64,000 nucleotides of DNA from Alphaproteobacteria bacterium (GCA_030682495.1 JAUXOC010000100.1:45-64044), one strand, 5' to 3'. Positions 51,468 to 62,619 are shown, counted from the stretch's first letter. Notes: a model not told the origin generated them from the sequence alone. Made by a program: numbers and translations.

Positions 51468-53356
51468 GCGTACTCCTCGACGATGATAATTCCGGTTTCG
51501 CCATCCACAACCGAGCCTGTCAGAGCAGCCGCCCCGATAGAAAGACCAAAGGCCGACATTCCACCTATACGTAAGTTTGAACCCAAATTAAGACCTCTTT
51601 GACCCGCAATGTTAATATCACCACCCGTACCTGTCCCGCCGGGATTAGACGTGCCGCCGGACTCACCACCTGTTGCGGAGAGGTGTGAGCCGTATGACGA
51701 TGTGCCGCCGTTGGTCGTACCAAAACCCGCTGCGCCAGAGGTTACGGTTTCGCTTGCGGACAGGTCGGATGCGGGGATTGTTTTCTCCGAACCTCCAGCA
51801 CCGCCGCCGCCTGATGTTGATATACCGCTATTATGCCCCCCCGCTCCACCGACAACCCGCGTTTTAATAAACGAGGGGTTATTAATACCCTTCTCATGGG
51901 GTGCATTGGTAATCGTATGTGTGCCAGAGCCAGCCCCGCCAGCGTCAATAGGCGTACCGCCCTTTGTTGCTGCGAGGTTTGAGGTTGAGCCGCTTGAGTT
52001 GACAACCCAATACGTTACGCCCGTTGAAAAATTCGGCGGCAGCGCACCTGTCGTCGTCAGCCGGACAGGGCATCCGTTCTGCGGCCTGTTTCTGCCGCTG
52101 TTCGGATAGGTGAACACCGCCGGAGAAGCGTTCGAGATCGTCACCGTCTGCGTCGGGCAGGTGTAATAGAGGGTATTGATGAGGCGGCCTTGCCCGCCTG
52201 CAGCATCGACATAAGCCTTGACGCTCTGCTGCGACGGCGGGCGCGTGGCGCTGTCGCTCACCATGTCGTCCTCGTCGATGACATCAACAAAGGCCGCCCC
52301 GCCGAGAGGGGATGCGGAAAACAGCGCTCCGCCAAGACTGTCGGCAAGCAAGGGCGCGCCGGCCACGGCGGTGCCGCTGTTAAACAGGAGCGTCTCGCCA
52401 TCGTCCTGCACCACGATGTCGCCCTTGTCTCCATCCGTCAGGCCGGTGCCGTTCAGACCCGGCAGACCCGAAACCATCACAACCCAATCGCTGCGGGTGT
52501 CTCCGGTGCCGCCGGCGCGCATCACGTTCACCGACAAGGCCGTGCCGGCATAGGCCGTTGACACGCCTGTCATGTAATGCGTATCGGGGTTGGCCGCCGA
52601 GACGATCATAAGCGCGGTGCCCGCCGCGAAGAATTTTCCGCTCTGCGTCACAAATTCCTGCGCGCCTGTGGCGATTTCGACCTCGGATGCAGACGTGCCC
52701 ATAAGCTTCGCCGCGCTGGCCGCCGCCTCGTCCGCGCTGTTACTGGCCGCACTTGCCGCCGCTGTTGCCGTGCCCGCGTGGCCGCTGGTCGTTGCCGCGA
52801 AGCCGCTGCTTTCATCGCGGAAACCTTCGGACTGGTTGCGCGCCTCGATGGCCGCCGCCGCGGCTGCCGCCGCACCGGCGATTTCCGCCGCGGTCGGCCC
52901 CATTTCAAACCCGTTGGCCGTGCTGTTCACCATCAGCGCGCGGCCCGCGACCAGCGTGGGCAGCTGGCCGGATGCGCCGCCCGCTGATTTTGGCACCATC
53001 AAAAGACGGTCGATATCGCGCCGGAATTCCTGCGTGGCGAAAAACAGCTGGTTCATCTCGGCATTCAGCCGCCCCGACGGCAACCCGCCGCGCAGCGGAT
53101 AAAGCAGCTGGCGCGTCAGACTGGTGCGGCCTTCCACAACGACAATCGACCCCTGATCGGCCGGCACGTCCAGAACGATTTCAGACGCCTGCAGGTCAAC
53201 CGATGCGATGGCCGCCTCTTCGTCATCGACATAGGCGACCAGATCGTCCGCGCTTTCGACCGGAAAATCGTAAACGAAAGTATCCTCCCCCTCGGGGTCA
53301 AGCACTTCATGCCGGATGCGGCGGTCGTTTTCCTCTATCGCGGGTTCTGTCGTCAT
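51464..53356 (-). CDS. tail fibre protein with a glycine-rich C-terminal domain
   Basis: 630 aa in the position equivalent to T7 gp17. C-terminus GGAGGHNSGISTSGGGGAGGSE...GGESGGTSNPGGTGTGGDINIAG. Confidence 0.7.
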   Translation of the reverse strand: MTTEPAIEENDRRIRHEVLDPEGEDTFVYDFPVESADDLVAYVDDEEAAIASVDLQASEIVLDVPADQGSIVVVEGRTSLTRQLLYPLRGGLPSGRLNAEMNQLFFATQEFRRDIDRLLMVPKSAGGASGQLPTLVAGRALMVNSTANGFEMGPTAAEIAGAAAAAAAAIEARNQSEGFRDESSGFAATTSGHAGTATAAASAASNSADEAAASAAKLMGTSASEVEIATGAQEFVTQSGKFFAAGTALMIVSAANPDTHYMTGVSTAYAGTALSVNVMRAGGTGDTRSDWVVMVSGLPGLNGTGLTDGDKGDIVVQDDGETLLFNSGTAVAGAPLLADSLGGALFSASPLGGAAFVDVIDEDDMVSDSATRPPSQQSVKAYVDAAGGQGRLINTLYYTCPTQTVTISNASPAVFTYPNSGRNRPQNGCPVRLTTTGALPPNFSTGVTYWVVNSSGSTSNLAATKGGTPIDAGGAGSGTHTITNAPHEKGINNPSFIKTRVVGGAGGHNSGISTSGGGGAGGSEKTIPASDLSASETVTSGAAGFGTTNGGTSSYGSHLSATGGESGGTSNPGGTGTGGDINIAGQRGLNLGSNLRIGGMSAFGLSIGAAALTGSVVDGETGIIIVEEYA

Positions 53357-56300
53357 TCCTCACCTCCGGCTCTGATCGGTTGCCTTACGTCATTCAGACG
53401 CTGCTGCTTGTCCATTTCCTTCAAAATCGCCTGGCCGATTTCGGGGAATTCATCCAGCACCTGCTCGCGCGCGGCCTTGGCGTAATCTGTCACCACGCTG
53501 CGGATAAAGTTTTGCTGGTCGTCGTGGCTGTTGCCGACGGCCATGAAAAACGACAGATGCCGGCCAAAGGGGTCTTGCTCCGATGCAAGGTTGCCGAAAA
53601 ATTCTTTCATGGTCTGGTTGCCGTATTTCATCAGCTGGATACCGTCGCCGCGCAGCTCGACCAGACGGTCGTAAGCCTTGGGGAAATCGCGCAGGTCAAT
53701 GCGCGCGCTGCGGCTGTCGCCTTCCAGCGGGTTGTCGGGGATGCCCGGCAATTTGAAAACCTGCGTCTTTTGCGGCATGTCGATCGTGAAACCGTTCTGC
53801 AGCAGCCAGCGGTCGACCGGCGCATCTTTTTCGCGGCTGGTGTAAACAGGATTGAACAGCGTCGCCAGACGCTCCGCCGTTGCGCCGGCGATGGTGGTGG
53901 CCTCCGGATAAAACGCCTCGATCGGCTCGCCCCAGATATTGCGGCGCACCGGTGCCATCGCCGACAGCCCGGGAATGCGCGCGCGCATCGCATCGAGCAT
54001 GTTAAACACTTCCGACGTTTCAGGGTCGATCGCCCGCTCGACCGCTGCCACACCGGCCGGCACAAAAGACCCTGCCATGCGCCGCGACCAAGCACCAACC
54101 TCGCGCTTGGGATCGCTCAGCACGGCAGTCAGGTCGGCAAAACCCTGCATAAATGTTTTACCCATGACCTGATTGCTGGCGGCAATCGCTGCGGCCGCGA
54201 CCAGCTGCTCGACATCCTCTTGCATGTCGATGTCATAGGCTTCGTAATTGGTCAAAATCTCGGCGATGTCGGCCGACATGCCCAGCATCGTGCCCAGATA
54301 TCCCATGCGCTGGTAACTGTAATACGTATCGCCGATCTTGATCGAATTGGGCTGCCAGCCCGTGCGGCGCAGCGCGCTGCGGACTCCTGGGTCAGTTGGG
54401 CCGTTACCTGTGATCACACCGTTCATCGACATATCGGCGGCAATCGCAATGATGCCGGTGCCCATAGCCATCCGTGTTTGCGCGGTCGCTGCGCGAATAC
54501 CGCCCGCCGAAATATCATCGCGTATGTTTTGCGACAACAGCCCCAGCGGCGTGCGCGAAAAGGTGAATTTGAAAATGTTATAAGGCGTTCGTATAAACGG
54601 CGTGGCAAACCTTGCCATCGGGTTTCTGTTCACAAACTGCTGATAATCTTTAACGATGCCCTGCTCCAGCTGCTTGGTATAGGTCGCGTAATTGGCAAAA
54701 TCCACCGCCTCGGCGCGCAACGGCGCGGCGGCGGGGTCGGTCATGGCGCGGGCGATGTGTTCTTTCAGCGCCTGCCCTTCCAGCCCCTGCGCGATGCCCT
54801 GCCGCGTCGCCAGCGCCTGCATCTGGGCATTGAACATCAGCGTCTTGTTAAATTCATCGCCCGCAGCGAGTAGGTTGGTACTGAACTTACCTAGCACCAG
54901 CCCGTATCCTTCCGTGGCTTTTGACAGCCAGCCCGCCTTGCCCTTGGGGTCAAGGATCTCGCGCGACCATGCTGGCGTACGCGGCAGGTCGATCTTGCCC
55001 ATGCCCATGCCAACTTCACCGGTGCGGAAAGATGCGGCGGCATTCTTGAAAGCCATCTTGTGCGCGTTCAGCCATCCGGCAAAGAACGAGATACCTTCGC
55101 GCAGCTCGACAGGCGAGTCCTTCGGATAGGCTGCGGCAAAGCGCTCCATACCCAGCATCATGCCGGTTGTGTAGCTATCAAGCAGGTTGACGACATGCGT
55201 GGTCGGGTTGGTCAATATACCCTGCAGCCACAGCTGCGAGACGGCTTCACGGCTGCGGGCAAAGGCTCCTTTTTCGGTAATCTTGTTCAACTGCGCCGTG
55301 TTCAGGCTGTCGCCTGCGGCGGCAATTTTGGCCGCCAGCGCCTTGCCCACTTTAGCCCCGCCGCTTTCTTCCAGCATCTGTTCGAGCATCCGCGCATTAT
55401 CCGCGCCTGTACCGCCCAGCGGCATGCGCCACGCGGCCAGCGCGCGGCCGGCTTCGGCACGCACGCCCATAAATTCCTTTTGCACCGCATGGTGCATCGT
55501 GACCAGACGGCGGAAATTGAATACATCGATATCGGATGCATCGGGCGATGCGGCACGTCTGGCCGCCTCCATCAGCTTTTCGGTTGTGTCGTAATAGACC
55601 TTGCGCGCCGCGACGATCTGCTCGGCGTTGAACGCATCGCCCGTGCGGCGTGCCATCAGGCTGTCAAAACCGTCGATGTCCTGCGCGGCCTTCAGCGTTT
55701 GTTCTGCCCCGCGCTTGCCGCGGCGGGCGGCGTCTATGCTCGGCTTCAGCTCCGGCTTGTTGACCATGTCGTCCATCAGGCGCTTGATATCGTCGGGCCC
55801 TTCGATGCGCGCGAAATTGATTTCAAAATCGTCTATGTGCGCAGCAGGCCCGTCGGCGATTTGCTTCGGCTTGCCGAATGCGCCGATCACTTCATCCTCC
55901 GCATCGGCCAGTTTCTGCTGGCGGCGGCGCAGCAGCGCCTCGTCCGATGCATCGCCCAGAAAATCAAAATTCTTGCCCTCGACGCCGATGCCGGCGGCTT
56001 CCTCGCGCGGGGTCTGGAAAATATCCTCCGGCTTTTTGCCCGCGGCTTTCATATCCTCGGCGGCTGCCTTGCCGCGTTTCAGCGCCGCGACGCCGCGGAA
56101 AAGCCCTTCGCCGATACCGCCCAGCGCCAGCCCCTCGACCGCCTGCTTGAATGTGGCCTCCGCCGCCCCGTCTTCGGGGTCGGCAGCCAGAAACTCCGTC
56201 ACGGGGTTCTGCAGCGCCGGCACGGACTCGATGACGTTGGACAGGCGCTCTTCGTGCTTGTCAAACGCCAGCAGGTCGGCAACCGCCCCCTTGGCGATAT

Positions 56301-56871
56301 TCGCCGCCGCGCTGCCGCCCTTGATAATTTTATCCGCACCCTTGAAGCCGACAAGAAACTGGCTGATCGTCTCCACGATATTGCCCGTCACCGTCGGCAC
56401 CGCCGGCGCGTCCGGCACCGGAATGGTCGGCGCTTCCAGATCGATCGGATTTTCCCCCGCCGCCGCGGCGCGTTTGTTCAGCCGTTCGCGGCTTTCGCGC
56501 ACCGTCGTGATGCGTGGATAGCTGTATTCGCCTTCCTCGTTCAGCAGCGACAGCTGCGGCGTCAGCTTTTCAAGGTCTTGCAAAAACCCCAGCATATTGT
56601 TCGCGCCCTTGACCGCCCCGCGCAGGGCGCTGCGCGGCGATGACATGATGCCGATGCCGATATCGCGGCCGACGCCCAGATCCTCCCGTGCTTCGGGCAG
56701 GGTTTTGCCGTCGGCGGCTGCAGGCGCTGCGGCGGCTTCCGGCGCGGCCTGCGCCCCGCCGCTGAACTGCCGCGCCCATTCAAGCGCATCGGCGCGGGAT
56801 GCCGCATCGAAGGCACTGGCAAAATCCTGATCGAATTCGCTGCGCACAGCGGCGGGGTTATCTTGTTGCAT
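53353..56871 (-). CDS. large internal virion (ejectosome) protein, gp16-like by size and position
   Basis: 1172 aa; largest gene, immediately upstream of the fibre gene. No lytic transglycosylase motif noticed. Confidence 0.55.
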   Translation of the reverse strand: MQQDNPAAVRSEFDQDFASAFDAASRADALEWARQFSGGAQAAPEAAAAPAAADGKTLPEAREDLGVGRDIGIGIMSSPRSALRGAVKGANNMLGFLQDLEKLTPQLSLLNEEGEYSYPRITTVRESRERLNKRAAAAGENPIDLEAPTIPVPDAPAVPTVTGNIVETISQFLVGFKGADKIIKGGSAAANIAKGAVADLLAFDKHEERLSNVIESVPALQNPVTEFLAADPEDGAAEATFKQAVEGLALGGIGEGLFRGVAALKRGKAAAEDMKAAGKKPEDIFQTPREEAAGIGVEGKNFDFLGDASDEALLRRRQQKLADAEDEVIGAFGKPKQIADGPAAHIDDFEINFARIEGPDDIKRLMDDMVNKPELKPSIDAARRGKRGAEQTLKAAQDIDGFDSLMARRTGDAFNAEQIVAARKVYYDTTEKLMEAARRAASPDASDIDVFNFRRLVTMHHAVQKEFMGVRAEAGRALAAWRMPLGGTGADNARMLEQMLEESGGAKVGKALAAKIAAAGDSLNTAQLNKITEKGAFARSREAVSQLWLQGILTNPTTHVVNLLDSYTTGMMLGMERFAAAYPKDSPVELREGISFFAGWLNAHKMAFKNAAASFRTGEVGMGMGKIDLPRTPAWSREILDPKGKAGWLSKATEGYGLVLGKFSTNLLAAGDEFNKTLMFNAQMQALATRQGIAQGLEGQALKEHIARAMTDPAAAPLRAEAVDFANYATYTKQLEQGIVKDYQQFVNRNPMARFATPFIRTPYNIFKFTFSRTPLGLLSQNIRDDISAGGIRAATAQTRMAMGTGIIAIAADMSMNGVITGNGPTDPGVRSALRRTGWQPNSIKIGDTYYSYQRMGYLGTMLGMSADIAEILTNYEAYDIDMQEDVEQLVAAAAIAASNQVMGKTFMQGFADLTAVLSDPKREVGAWSRRMAGSFVPAGVAAVERAIDPETSEVFNMLDAMRARIPGLSAMAPVRRNIWGEPIEAFYPEATTIAGATAERLATLFNPVYTSREKDAPVDRWLLQNGFTIDMPQKTQVFKLPGIPDNPLEGDSRSARIDLRDFPKAYDRLVELRGDGIQLMKYGNQTMKEFFGNLASEQDPFGRHLSFFMAVGNSHDDQQNFIRSVVTDYAKAAREQVLDEFPEIGQAILKEMDKQQRLNDVRQPIRAGGEE

Positions 56872-58627
56872 TGGCGGGTTCCTTCAAGATCAGCAGCTGG
56901 TGGTAATCGCGGAGCAGCTGCATTTCGCGCAAATAAATATCATCGGCTTCGAGCCGCGCCGGATCGCCGCCGTGCTTTTTCAAAAACATTTCGTTCGTGC
57001 GCTGCACCGCCGTTTCGATGTCTTTGGCCGACAGGTTACGGTTGAACTTTTGCGCCGGCGTCATCGTGATCGGCAGCGGCAGGTTGACCAGCGCGGTTTC
57101 GGTATCCATGACCGAATAGCGCCGCACGATATCGCGGCCGATTTCCAGCGTCTCCGACAGCACCGGCGCGCGGCCTTCGGCCTGTACGAATGCCTGAACG
57201 CGCTGCGCATATTCCGCCTCCGCCTTCGGGATCGACATCGACTGCGCAAAGCCGATTTCCGTCGAAAGACGGCCAAGGCTGTTGCCGACGAAATCGCGCC
57301 CCTCGCTTACGGGGTCGGTCTGGCCGCGCTCCAGACGTTTGTAATTCCGCTGGTGCAGCTCCATGTAATCGCCGCGCGTCAGGCGCGTGGCCGCTTCGCG
57401 CAGCTCGGCGCGGATATCCTGCCCGTCCAGATCGGCTGTCGCCAGCCGCGTATAGGTCGCGCCGTCGCTCACCTCCGGAAAGCCGCCGACGGCGACCTTG
57501 CGCAGCGTCAGGTATCTGTCCGGCTCCAGCTGCGCGCGCGCATCCTCGACGCTTTGCAGCGTCAGCCCGCCGCTTTGGGCCAGCACGGAAAGATCGGCAA
57601 AGGCTTCATCCGAATTCTTTTTAAAAGCCCTGTCGCGCGCGCTGTCGATTTGCGCATCAAGCGCCAGCTGGCCGCGCAGGCGCTCGACAAAAGCCCCCTC
57701 CGCCAGCTGGTAGCCGCGTTCGCCCAAAAGCTGCCGCAGCGGAATGGTCGCCTTGCCGCCGTTTCCGTCCGCGACCTCTATCGTCGCCGCGCCGCTTTTC
57801 CACGCGCCCCAGGCATCCAGCACGTTTTCCTGCCGGCCCATCCATGCCATTGCCACCTGCTCGGCCACGGCGGCCTCGGCCTTTTGTTCAAAGGCCAGAC
57901 GCTCGCGCGCCGAAAACAGCGGCATGCCGTCCGGCCCGATCTGGCTGGCGACGTCCACCATGCGCACCGCGCCGGTCATCATGCGCGTGATGCCGGCCTG
58001 CACGTTTTCCGGCCCCGCGTCAAAAAGACCTGCCGCATCCTGCGCGATGTCGGCGGTTGCCGCCTGCTGCAGCCGCAGCGCGTTTTCCAGCATCCGGTCG
58101 CGCGCCACGGCCTGCGCCTGCGCCTCCAGCCGCCGCGCGGCACCATCGGCACGCAAAGAGAAATCCGCTTCATAGCGTTGCCCCAGCGCGGGGTCGAACG
58201 TCGCCAGCTGCGACAGCACGCCTTTCATATAGCTGTCGGCTTTTGCGCGGAAGCCGCCGGGGTTGGCCGTGTTCTTGCTTTCGATTTCCGACAGGTAAAG
58301 ACGCGACTGCATATCGATGCGCGTGATCGCCGCATCCTTGGCCGAGGCATTGAATGCCCGCCCGCGGATCGTCGTATCGTCCAGCAGCTGCGGCAGCGTT
58401 TCCTGCTGTCCGGCCAGCGTGCCTTCGCGCCGCCCTTCGACTTCGGCCTGCACGTCCAGACGCTCTTCGATGCGGCCGGACATTTCGCGCAAAAGCCCGC
58501 CGATGCTGAACAGCGCCTGCGCGCTGCCCGTATCCGCCGCGATGCGCACGGGCTGAAGGCCGGCAACCGGCAGGCTGCTGCGGTTCAGCGTCGGCAGGTT
58601 TGTGCCTTGTCCTGTGCGATTAGCCAC
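56858..58627 (-). CDS. internal virion protein, gp15-like by position
   Basis: 589 aa, helical/charged; 14-nt overlap with the next gene. Confidence 0.5.
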   Translation of the reverse strand: MANRTGQGTNLPTLNRSSLPVAGLQPVRIAADTGSAQALFSIGGLLREMSGRIEERLDVQAEVEGRREGTLAGQQETLPQLLDDTTIRGRAFNASAKDAAITRIDMQSRLYLSEIESKNTANPGGFRAKADSYMKGVLSQLATFDPALGQRYEADFSLRADGAARRLEAQAQAVARDRMLENALRLQQAATADIAQDAAGLFDAGPENVQAGITRMMTGAVRMVDVASQIGPDGMPLFSARERLAFEQKAEAAVAEQVAMAWMGRQENVLDAWGAWKSGAATIEVADGNGGKATIPLRQLLGERGYQLAEGAFVERLRGQLALDAQIDSARDRAFKKNSDEAFADLSVLAQSGGLTLQSVEDARAQLEPDRYLTLRKVAVGGFPEVSDGATYTRLATADLDGQDIRAELREAATRLTRGDYMELHQRNYKRLERGQTDPVSEGRDFVGNSLGRLSTEIGFAQSMSIPKAEAEYAQRVQAFVQAEGRAPVLSETLEIGRDIVRRYSVMDTETALVNLPLPITMTPAQKFNRNLSAKDIETAVQRTNEMFLKKHGGDPARLEADDIYLREMQLLRDYHQLLILKEPANATR

Positions 58628-59291
58628 GGCGGTCCCTCGCTGCGATCAGATTGGTCATGGTTTTGCCCGCGCTGCCAACGCCGGCGGCGACAGACTGGAA
58701 CATCGCGCCGCTGCGCTGCGACAGACTGGCCGCTGCCTGCCGGCGGCGCTGCAGCACGCCGATGCTGGTATTCAGGCGGCTGGTGTCCAGCTGGCGTTCG
58801 GCCAGCCGGCGCGTGTTATCGGCCAGCGCGGCCGCCGATCCGAAACCGCTGTCAATGCCGGCACCCGAAAAGGCCAGACGCTGCTGCGCAATGGTCTGGA
58901 TCATATTCTCCATGATGTCGTTTGCTTCCTGCTTGCCGCGCAGCTCGTCATTTTTGGCGGCCAGCAGCCCCTCGCGCGCCTGCATTTCAAGCGCCTGCGA
59001 TTGCTGCGCCCCGCCCATGATGCCGCCAAACAGATCGCTGGCCATCGACGCCATCGAAAATCCGGTCGAGAGCATGCTCAAAAGAGAGCCGCCGCCTGCT
59101 GCAGCAGTACCCGCCACCAGCGGGATGCCCGCGCCTGCCGCCTGCGCCACGCTCATGCCGAGAGGTGCCCACATGATGCCGGACGCGGCCGCCGGTATGG
59201 CAGCTGCTGCTGCGCCTGCGGCTGCGGTTCCGGCTGCGGCTGCTGTGCCGCCGGTCATCATGCTGCCGCCTATTAGCATTGCGATTTCCAT
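58620..59291 (-). CDS. internal virion protein, gp14-like (Gly/Ala-rich, membrane-active N-terminal half)
   Basis: 223 aa; N-terminal half GGSMMTGGTAAAAGTAAAGAAAAA...; follows the tubular B-like gene with a TGATG junction. Confidence 0.5.
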   Translation of the reverse strand: MEIAMLIGGSMMTGGTAAAAGTAAAGAAAAAIPAAASGIMWAPLGMSVAQAAGAGIPLVAGTAAAGGGSLLSMLSTGFSMASMASDLFGGIMGGAQQSQALEMQAREGLLAAKNDELRGKQEANDIMENMIQTIAQQRLAFSGAGIDSGFGSAAALADNTRRLAERQLDTSRLNTSIGVLQRRRQAAASLSQRSGAMFQSVAAGVGSAGKTMTNLIAARDRRG

Positions 59292-61996
59292 TAGACCGCG
59301 ACCTCCCTTGTAATCGCCAGCAGGTTCAGCGGCGCGACGCTGGCCTGGCGGAATTCCAGATAGCCGCCGACGGCAAAGCCCATCAGGCCGGACTCGACCT
59401 TTTCGCCCGTATAGAGCAGCTCCATGGTCGACCGGTCGAGAACGTTGCTATCCAGCTGCAGCAGCGCCACCTTGCGCCACGGCCCGCCATTGGCGCGGAT
59501 TTCGATATCGCCCGTTTGGAACAGCGACAGCACGGCGCGGCAGACGCGCACTTTTTCGCCGGCCAGCGTCTGGCTCTCCGGCACGCGGTACGGCATCATC
59601 TTGCCGTAAACTTCGTAATCGAAACCCCACTGGATTTCATGGTCGGCATATTCCGGCAGGGTAAATGCGCCATCGGCCACGGTCACATCGACATTCTGCG
59701 TGCCATCGACAAAGGTCTGGATCGTCTCGCCTTCCAGATAATCCACGCCCTCGACGGTTTTTTGCATCCGCGCGATGCGCAGGACATCGCCGGCCTGCAC
59801 CGCTTCGGCCAGCGCGGCGGACAGCGTGACCGTCTTGGCGTCCAGATCCGTCACGAAATCGGAACTGCCAAGACGGCCACCGTTCAGGCGGAGGCCGATG
59901 GCCTCCGCCTCTGCAGGGTTGTCGAACGTCCAGGCAAAGACGCTCTGCCCTTCGGTTGCGATATGCGTTTCCGCCGCGATCGTCACGCGCCCGCCGCCAT
60001 CGAGCAGCAGCGTATCGTCCCACATTTCGACAAAACGCTGCGCCGTGCCGCCGATCATCCGCTCGACGACAAAATAAACGCGGCGTTTTTTATCGACAGC
60101 CGCATCCAGCACGCGGTCGCCGTTGCGGGTGCGCTGCGGGACAAAGCCGTTCACGTTGTCATTGCGCAGCGTGGTATAGGCCGTCAGGCTGCCGTCTTCA
60201 TTGACAAGCGCCAGAATGTCCGCCTCGTCCGTCGATACCGCCTTGCGCAGCGTGATCGACACGGGGTTGCGGATCAGATGCCCCGCCAGCTTGGACAGGT
60301 TGCCAGCGCCATACGATTGCTCTGTATCGACAAACAAAAATTCGCGCAGCGATGTGCAGATTTCGCGGTCGTCTTCGTCGTCGCGCACGCCCTGCCCGAA
60401 AATCAGCGCGCCATCCACTTCATGCACGCGCAGGCCTTCCTTGATGCCCGCCGCCGTGGTTTTCTTCAGAACACTTTCGGCGCTGATCGGTTCTTGCGGC
60501 ACATAAAATTCGCCATCGTTGGCAAAGACAGACAGATGCCGGCCGCCGACGATCTGGTATATCGCGGCGATCTGGTCGGCGCGCGCGCGGGTCAGCAGCG
60601 CCGCCGTGGCGTCGTCTTTCAGGATATCAAGATTATACTCTTCCTCGACCACCGACGACAGCAGCGCATTCGGCAGGCTGCGGATGCCGCCCATGTGCAG
60701 GCGCGACTGGTAGAAACAGCCGCAGCGCGGCCAGCCGCGCGCGTCGCTCATGATATCCTCGCCCGGATATGCGCCCTTGGTCACGCGCGAAACGTCCATG
60801 ACGTCCGATCCGGCCAGCGAGCTGATCGAAATCAGCGGCCACGGATATTTGCCGTCATCGCCGCCAAAGGTCACATCAAATCCGTTCGTGACAGATGTCA
60901 CCGTGATGCCCGATGCGCTGGTATTCGGCAGCGCGCGCAGCGCGGTCTGGATGCTGGCCGCGACCACCGCTTGATCGGACGCGCCGGAGATAGACCCCGT
61001 GCGCTCGCCTTCCAGCAACAGCGTGAAGGTGCTGCTCGATGCGACCGATCCGTCGGTATTGATGCGCTGCACCTCGTCGGTGCCGCCGGTGCCGGCGCCG
61101 TAATCATATTGCGGGATATTTTCAAACGGCGCGGCGCGGAAATCAAACTGGTCATCCGCGCCCTGGCGGAAGATGCGCGGCGGCCGCACGTCTTTGTGAA
61201 ACAGCAAAAGCGTATCCAGCGATTGCGCGTAATTCAAAACCGGCAGCTGGGCAGACACATGCTGCAGGGCGCAGCTGGCCGTGCGCTGCATTCCGTTCAA
61301 AATATCAAGGTTGCGGTCGCTGGCGACGGTCATATACGCGTCTTCGGTCATATTGGCAAACGGCGTCAGCTTGCCGTTCGACAGCCCCGCGGCGGCCGCC
61401 CAGAACTTGATCTCGGCCAGCGTGACCGTCGATGCCAGCTCGGTCGCGCCGATACGCGCCAGACGCCAGTAACGCGCGGATACCGCCGCCACCGCCCGCT
61501 GCCGCCGCGACCGCTTTGTCGCATCTGCATCGAGCGGGTCGCCGAAAGACGTCCAGGCGGCATCGTCGGTGCTGTATTGCAGCCGCAGCTCGCCCGTCAG
61601 CACGCCGGCGGACAGCTGGTAATCGATCACATCGACCGCCATCACCGCCGTGGCCGCGCCGAAATCAATATGCAAAACGACAAAGGGGTTTGTCGTGCCA
61701 AGGTTGTTTGCCGTTGTCATCACGGTCGCCGCATCGCCGTCGATCGCATTGGCATGCGTGCCGCCCTGCGGTGCGCTAGACGTCACGCCCGACAGGCTGA
61801 TCGCCGAAAGCGGCGGGGCCAGACGCTGGACGTGCTTCAGGCTGGGGCGGCGGCGCAGCCCGCCCAGCGGCCCGACGATCAGGTTGATCCCGTCTTCAAG
61901 GCCGTTATAGAAAAAAACCACGTCCTCGCGCACGGCAGCCTTCGGGTCCACAACGCCCGATGTGAAATTTGTCTGGATGGTCTTGATTGTCGCCAT
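59291..61996 (-). CDS. tail tubular protein B-like (nozzle)
   Basis: 901 aa. N-terminus MATIKTIQTNFTSGVVDPKAAVRED...GPLGGLRRRP resembles the start of podovirus gp12-type proteins as I recall them. Position is after the tubular A-like gene. Confidence 0.65.
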   Translation of the reverse strand: MATIKTIQTNFTSGVVDPKAAVREDVVFFYNGLEDGINLIVGPLGGLRRRPSLKHVQRLAPPLSAISLSGVTSSAPQGGTHANAIDGDAATVMTTANNLGTTNPFVVLHIDFGAATAVMAVDVIDYQLSAGVLTGELRLQYSTDDAAWTSFGDPLDADATKRSRRQRAVAAVSARYWRLARIGATELASTVTLAEIKFWAAAAGLSNGKLTPFANMTEDAYMTVASDRNLDILNGMQRTASCALQHVSAQLPVLNYAQSLDTLLLFHKDVRPPRIFRQGADDQFDFRAAPFENIPQYDYGAGTGGTDEVQRINTDGSVASSSTFTLLLEGERTGSISGASDQAVVAASIQTALRALPNTSASGITVTSVTNGFDVTFGGDDGKYPWPLISISSLAGSDVMDVSRVTKGAYPGEDIMSDARGWPRCGCFYQSRLHMGGIRSLPNALLSSVVEEEYNLDILKDDATAALLTRARADQIAAIYQIVGGRHLSVFANDGEFYVPQEPISAESVLKKTTAAGIKEGLRVHEVDGALIFGQGVRDDEDDREICTSLREFLFVDTEQSYGAGNLSKLAGHLIRNPVSITLRKAVSTDEADILALVNEDGSLTAYTTLRNDNVNGFVPQRTRNGDRVLDAAVDKKRRVYFVVERMIGGTAQRFVEMWDDTLLLDGGGRVTIAAETHIATEGQSVFAWTFDNPAEAEAIGLRLNGGRLGSSDFVTDLDAKTVTLSAALAEAVQAGDVLRIARMQKTVEGVDYLEGETIQTFVDGTQNVDVTVADGAFTLPEYADHEIQWGFDYEVYGKMMPYRVPESQTLAGEKVRVCRAVLSLFQTGDIEIRANGGPWRKVALLQLDSNVLDRSTMELLYTGEKVESGLMGFAVGGYLEFRQASVAPLNLLAITREVAV

Positions 61997-62619
61997 CAGT
62001 ACCTCGTCCCCGTGAAGGGGTCGCCGTTTTTAAAGATCGTTTTCGTCGGCTTTGATTGCGCGTCGATCTTCATGGCCGCCGCCATCAGGCCGCCGCGCCG
62101 CTGCATCTGCGGCGGGCCGAAAGCCTCTTCGGCAAACATATCCGCCATCTTGACGTTGTCGCGCTCCGGTATGCACAGCTGGCCGGCATAGGCCGCGATA
62201 AACAGCGACACAAAGAAAGGCGGCCAGACCGTGACAGGCGGGCGGCGGCGGTACAGGATGGAAACAGTTTTATAAGACGCATGCAGATGCGCGCCCAGCA
62301 CGGCGTAATCGCCCTTGCTCGCGCTGCGGCCGTCACCATCGACATCGAAGGGGCCCGCGATCAGATCACCCGGCAAACGAAAAGCGCGGTCAAACCCGCG
62401 CAGCGCCTCGACGTCCATGTCGCGCGTCAGGCTTTTTTCCCACAGCGCGAAATTCCAGTCATGCTCGGCCAGCAAGGTATCGAGCAGCGTGTAAAACAAA
62501 TTCGCGCAGGTGGCCTCGCGGTCATCCTGCGGATTGGTGATCGAATTGATCTGCGCGCCGCCAATGCGCGACTGCGTGATGTTGCAGATTTTATTCTCAT
62601 CCAGATTTGTGACGGTCAT
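61996..62619 (-). CDS. tail tubular protein A-like (adaptor/gatekeeper)
   Basis: 207 aa. ...ICNITQSRIGGAQINSITNPQDD...LLAEHDWNFA resembles the gp11-type N-terminal pattern. TGATG junction with the next gene. Confidence 0.6.
   Translation of the reverse strand: MTVTNLDENKICNITQSRIGGAQINSITNPQDDREATCANLFYTLLDTLLAEHDWNFALWEKSLTRDMDVEALRGFDRAFRLPGDLIAGPFDVDGDGRSASKGDYAVLGAHLHASYKTVSILYRRRPPVTVWPPFFVSLFIAAYAGQLCIPERDNVKMADMFAEEAFGPPQMQRRGGLMAAAMKIDAQSKPTKTIFKNGDPFTGTRY

Noticed and set aside
51464-53356. Diversity-generating retroelement target in the tail fibre C-terminus
   Set aside because: No reverse transcriptase gene is present, and I saw no template-repeat copy of the fibre 3' end within the window.
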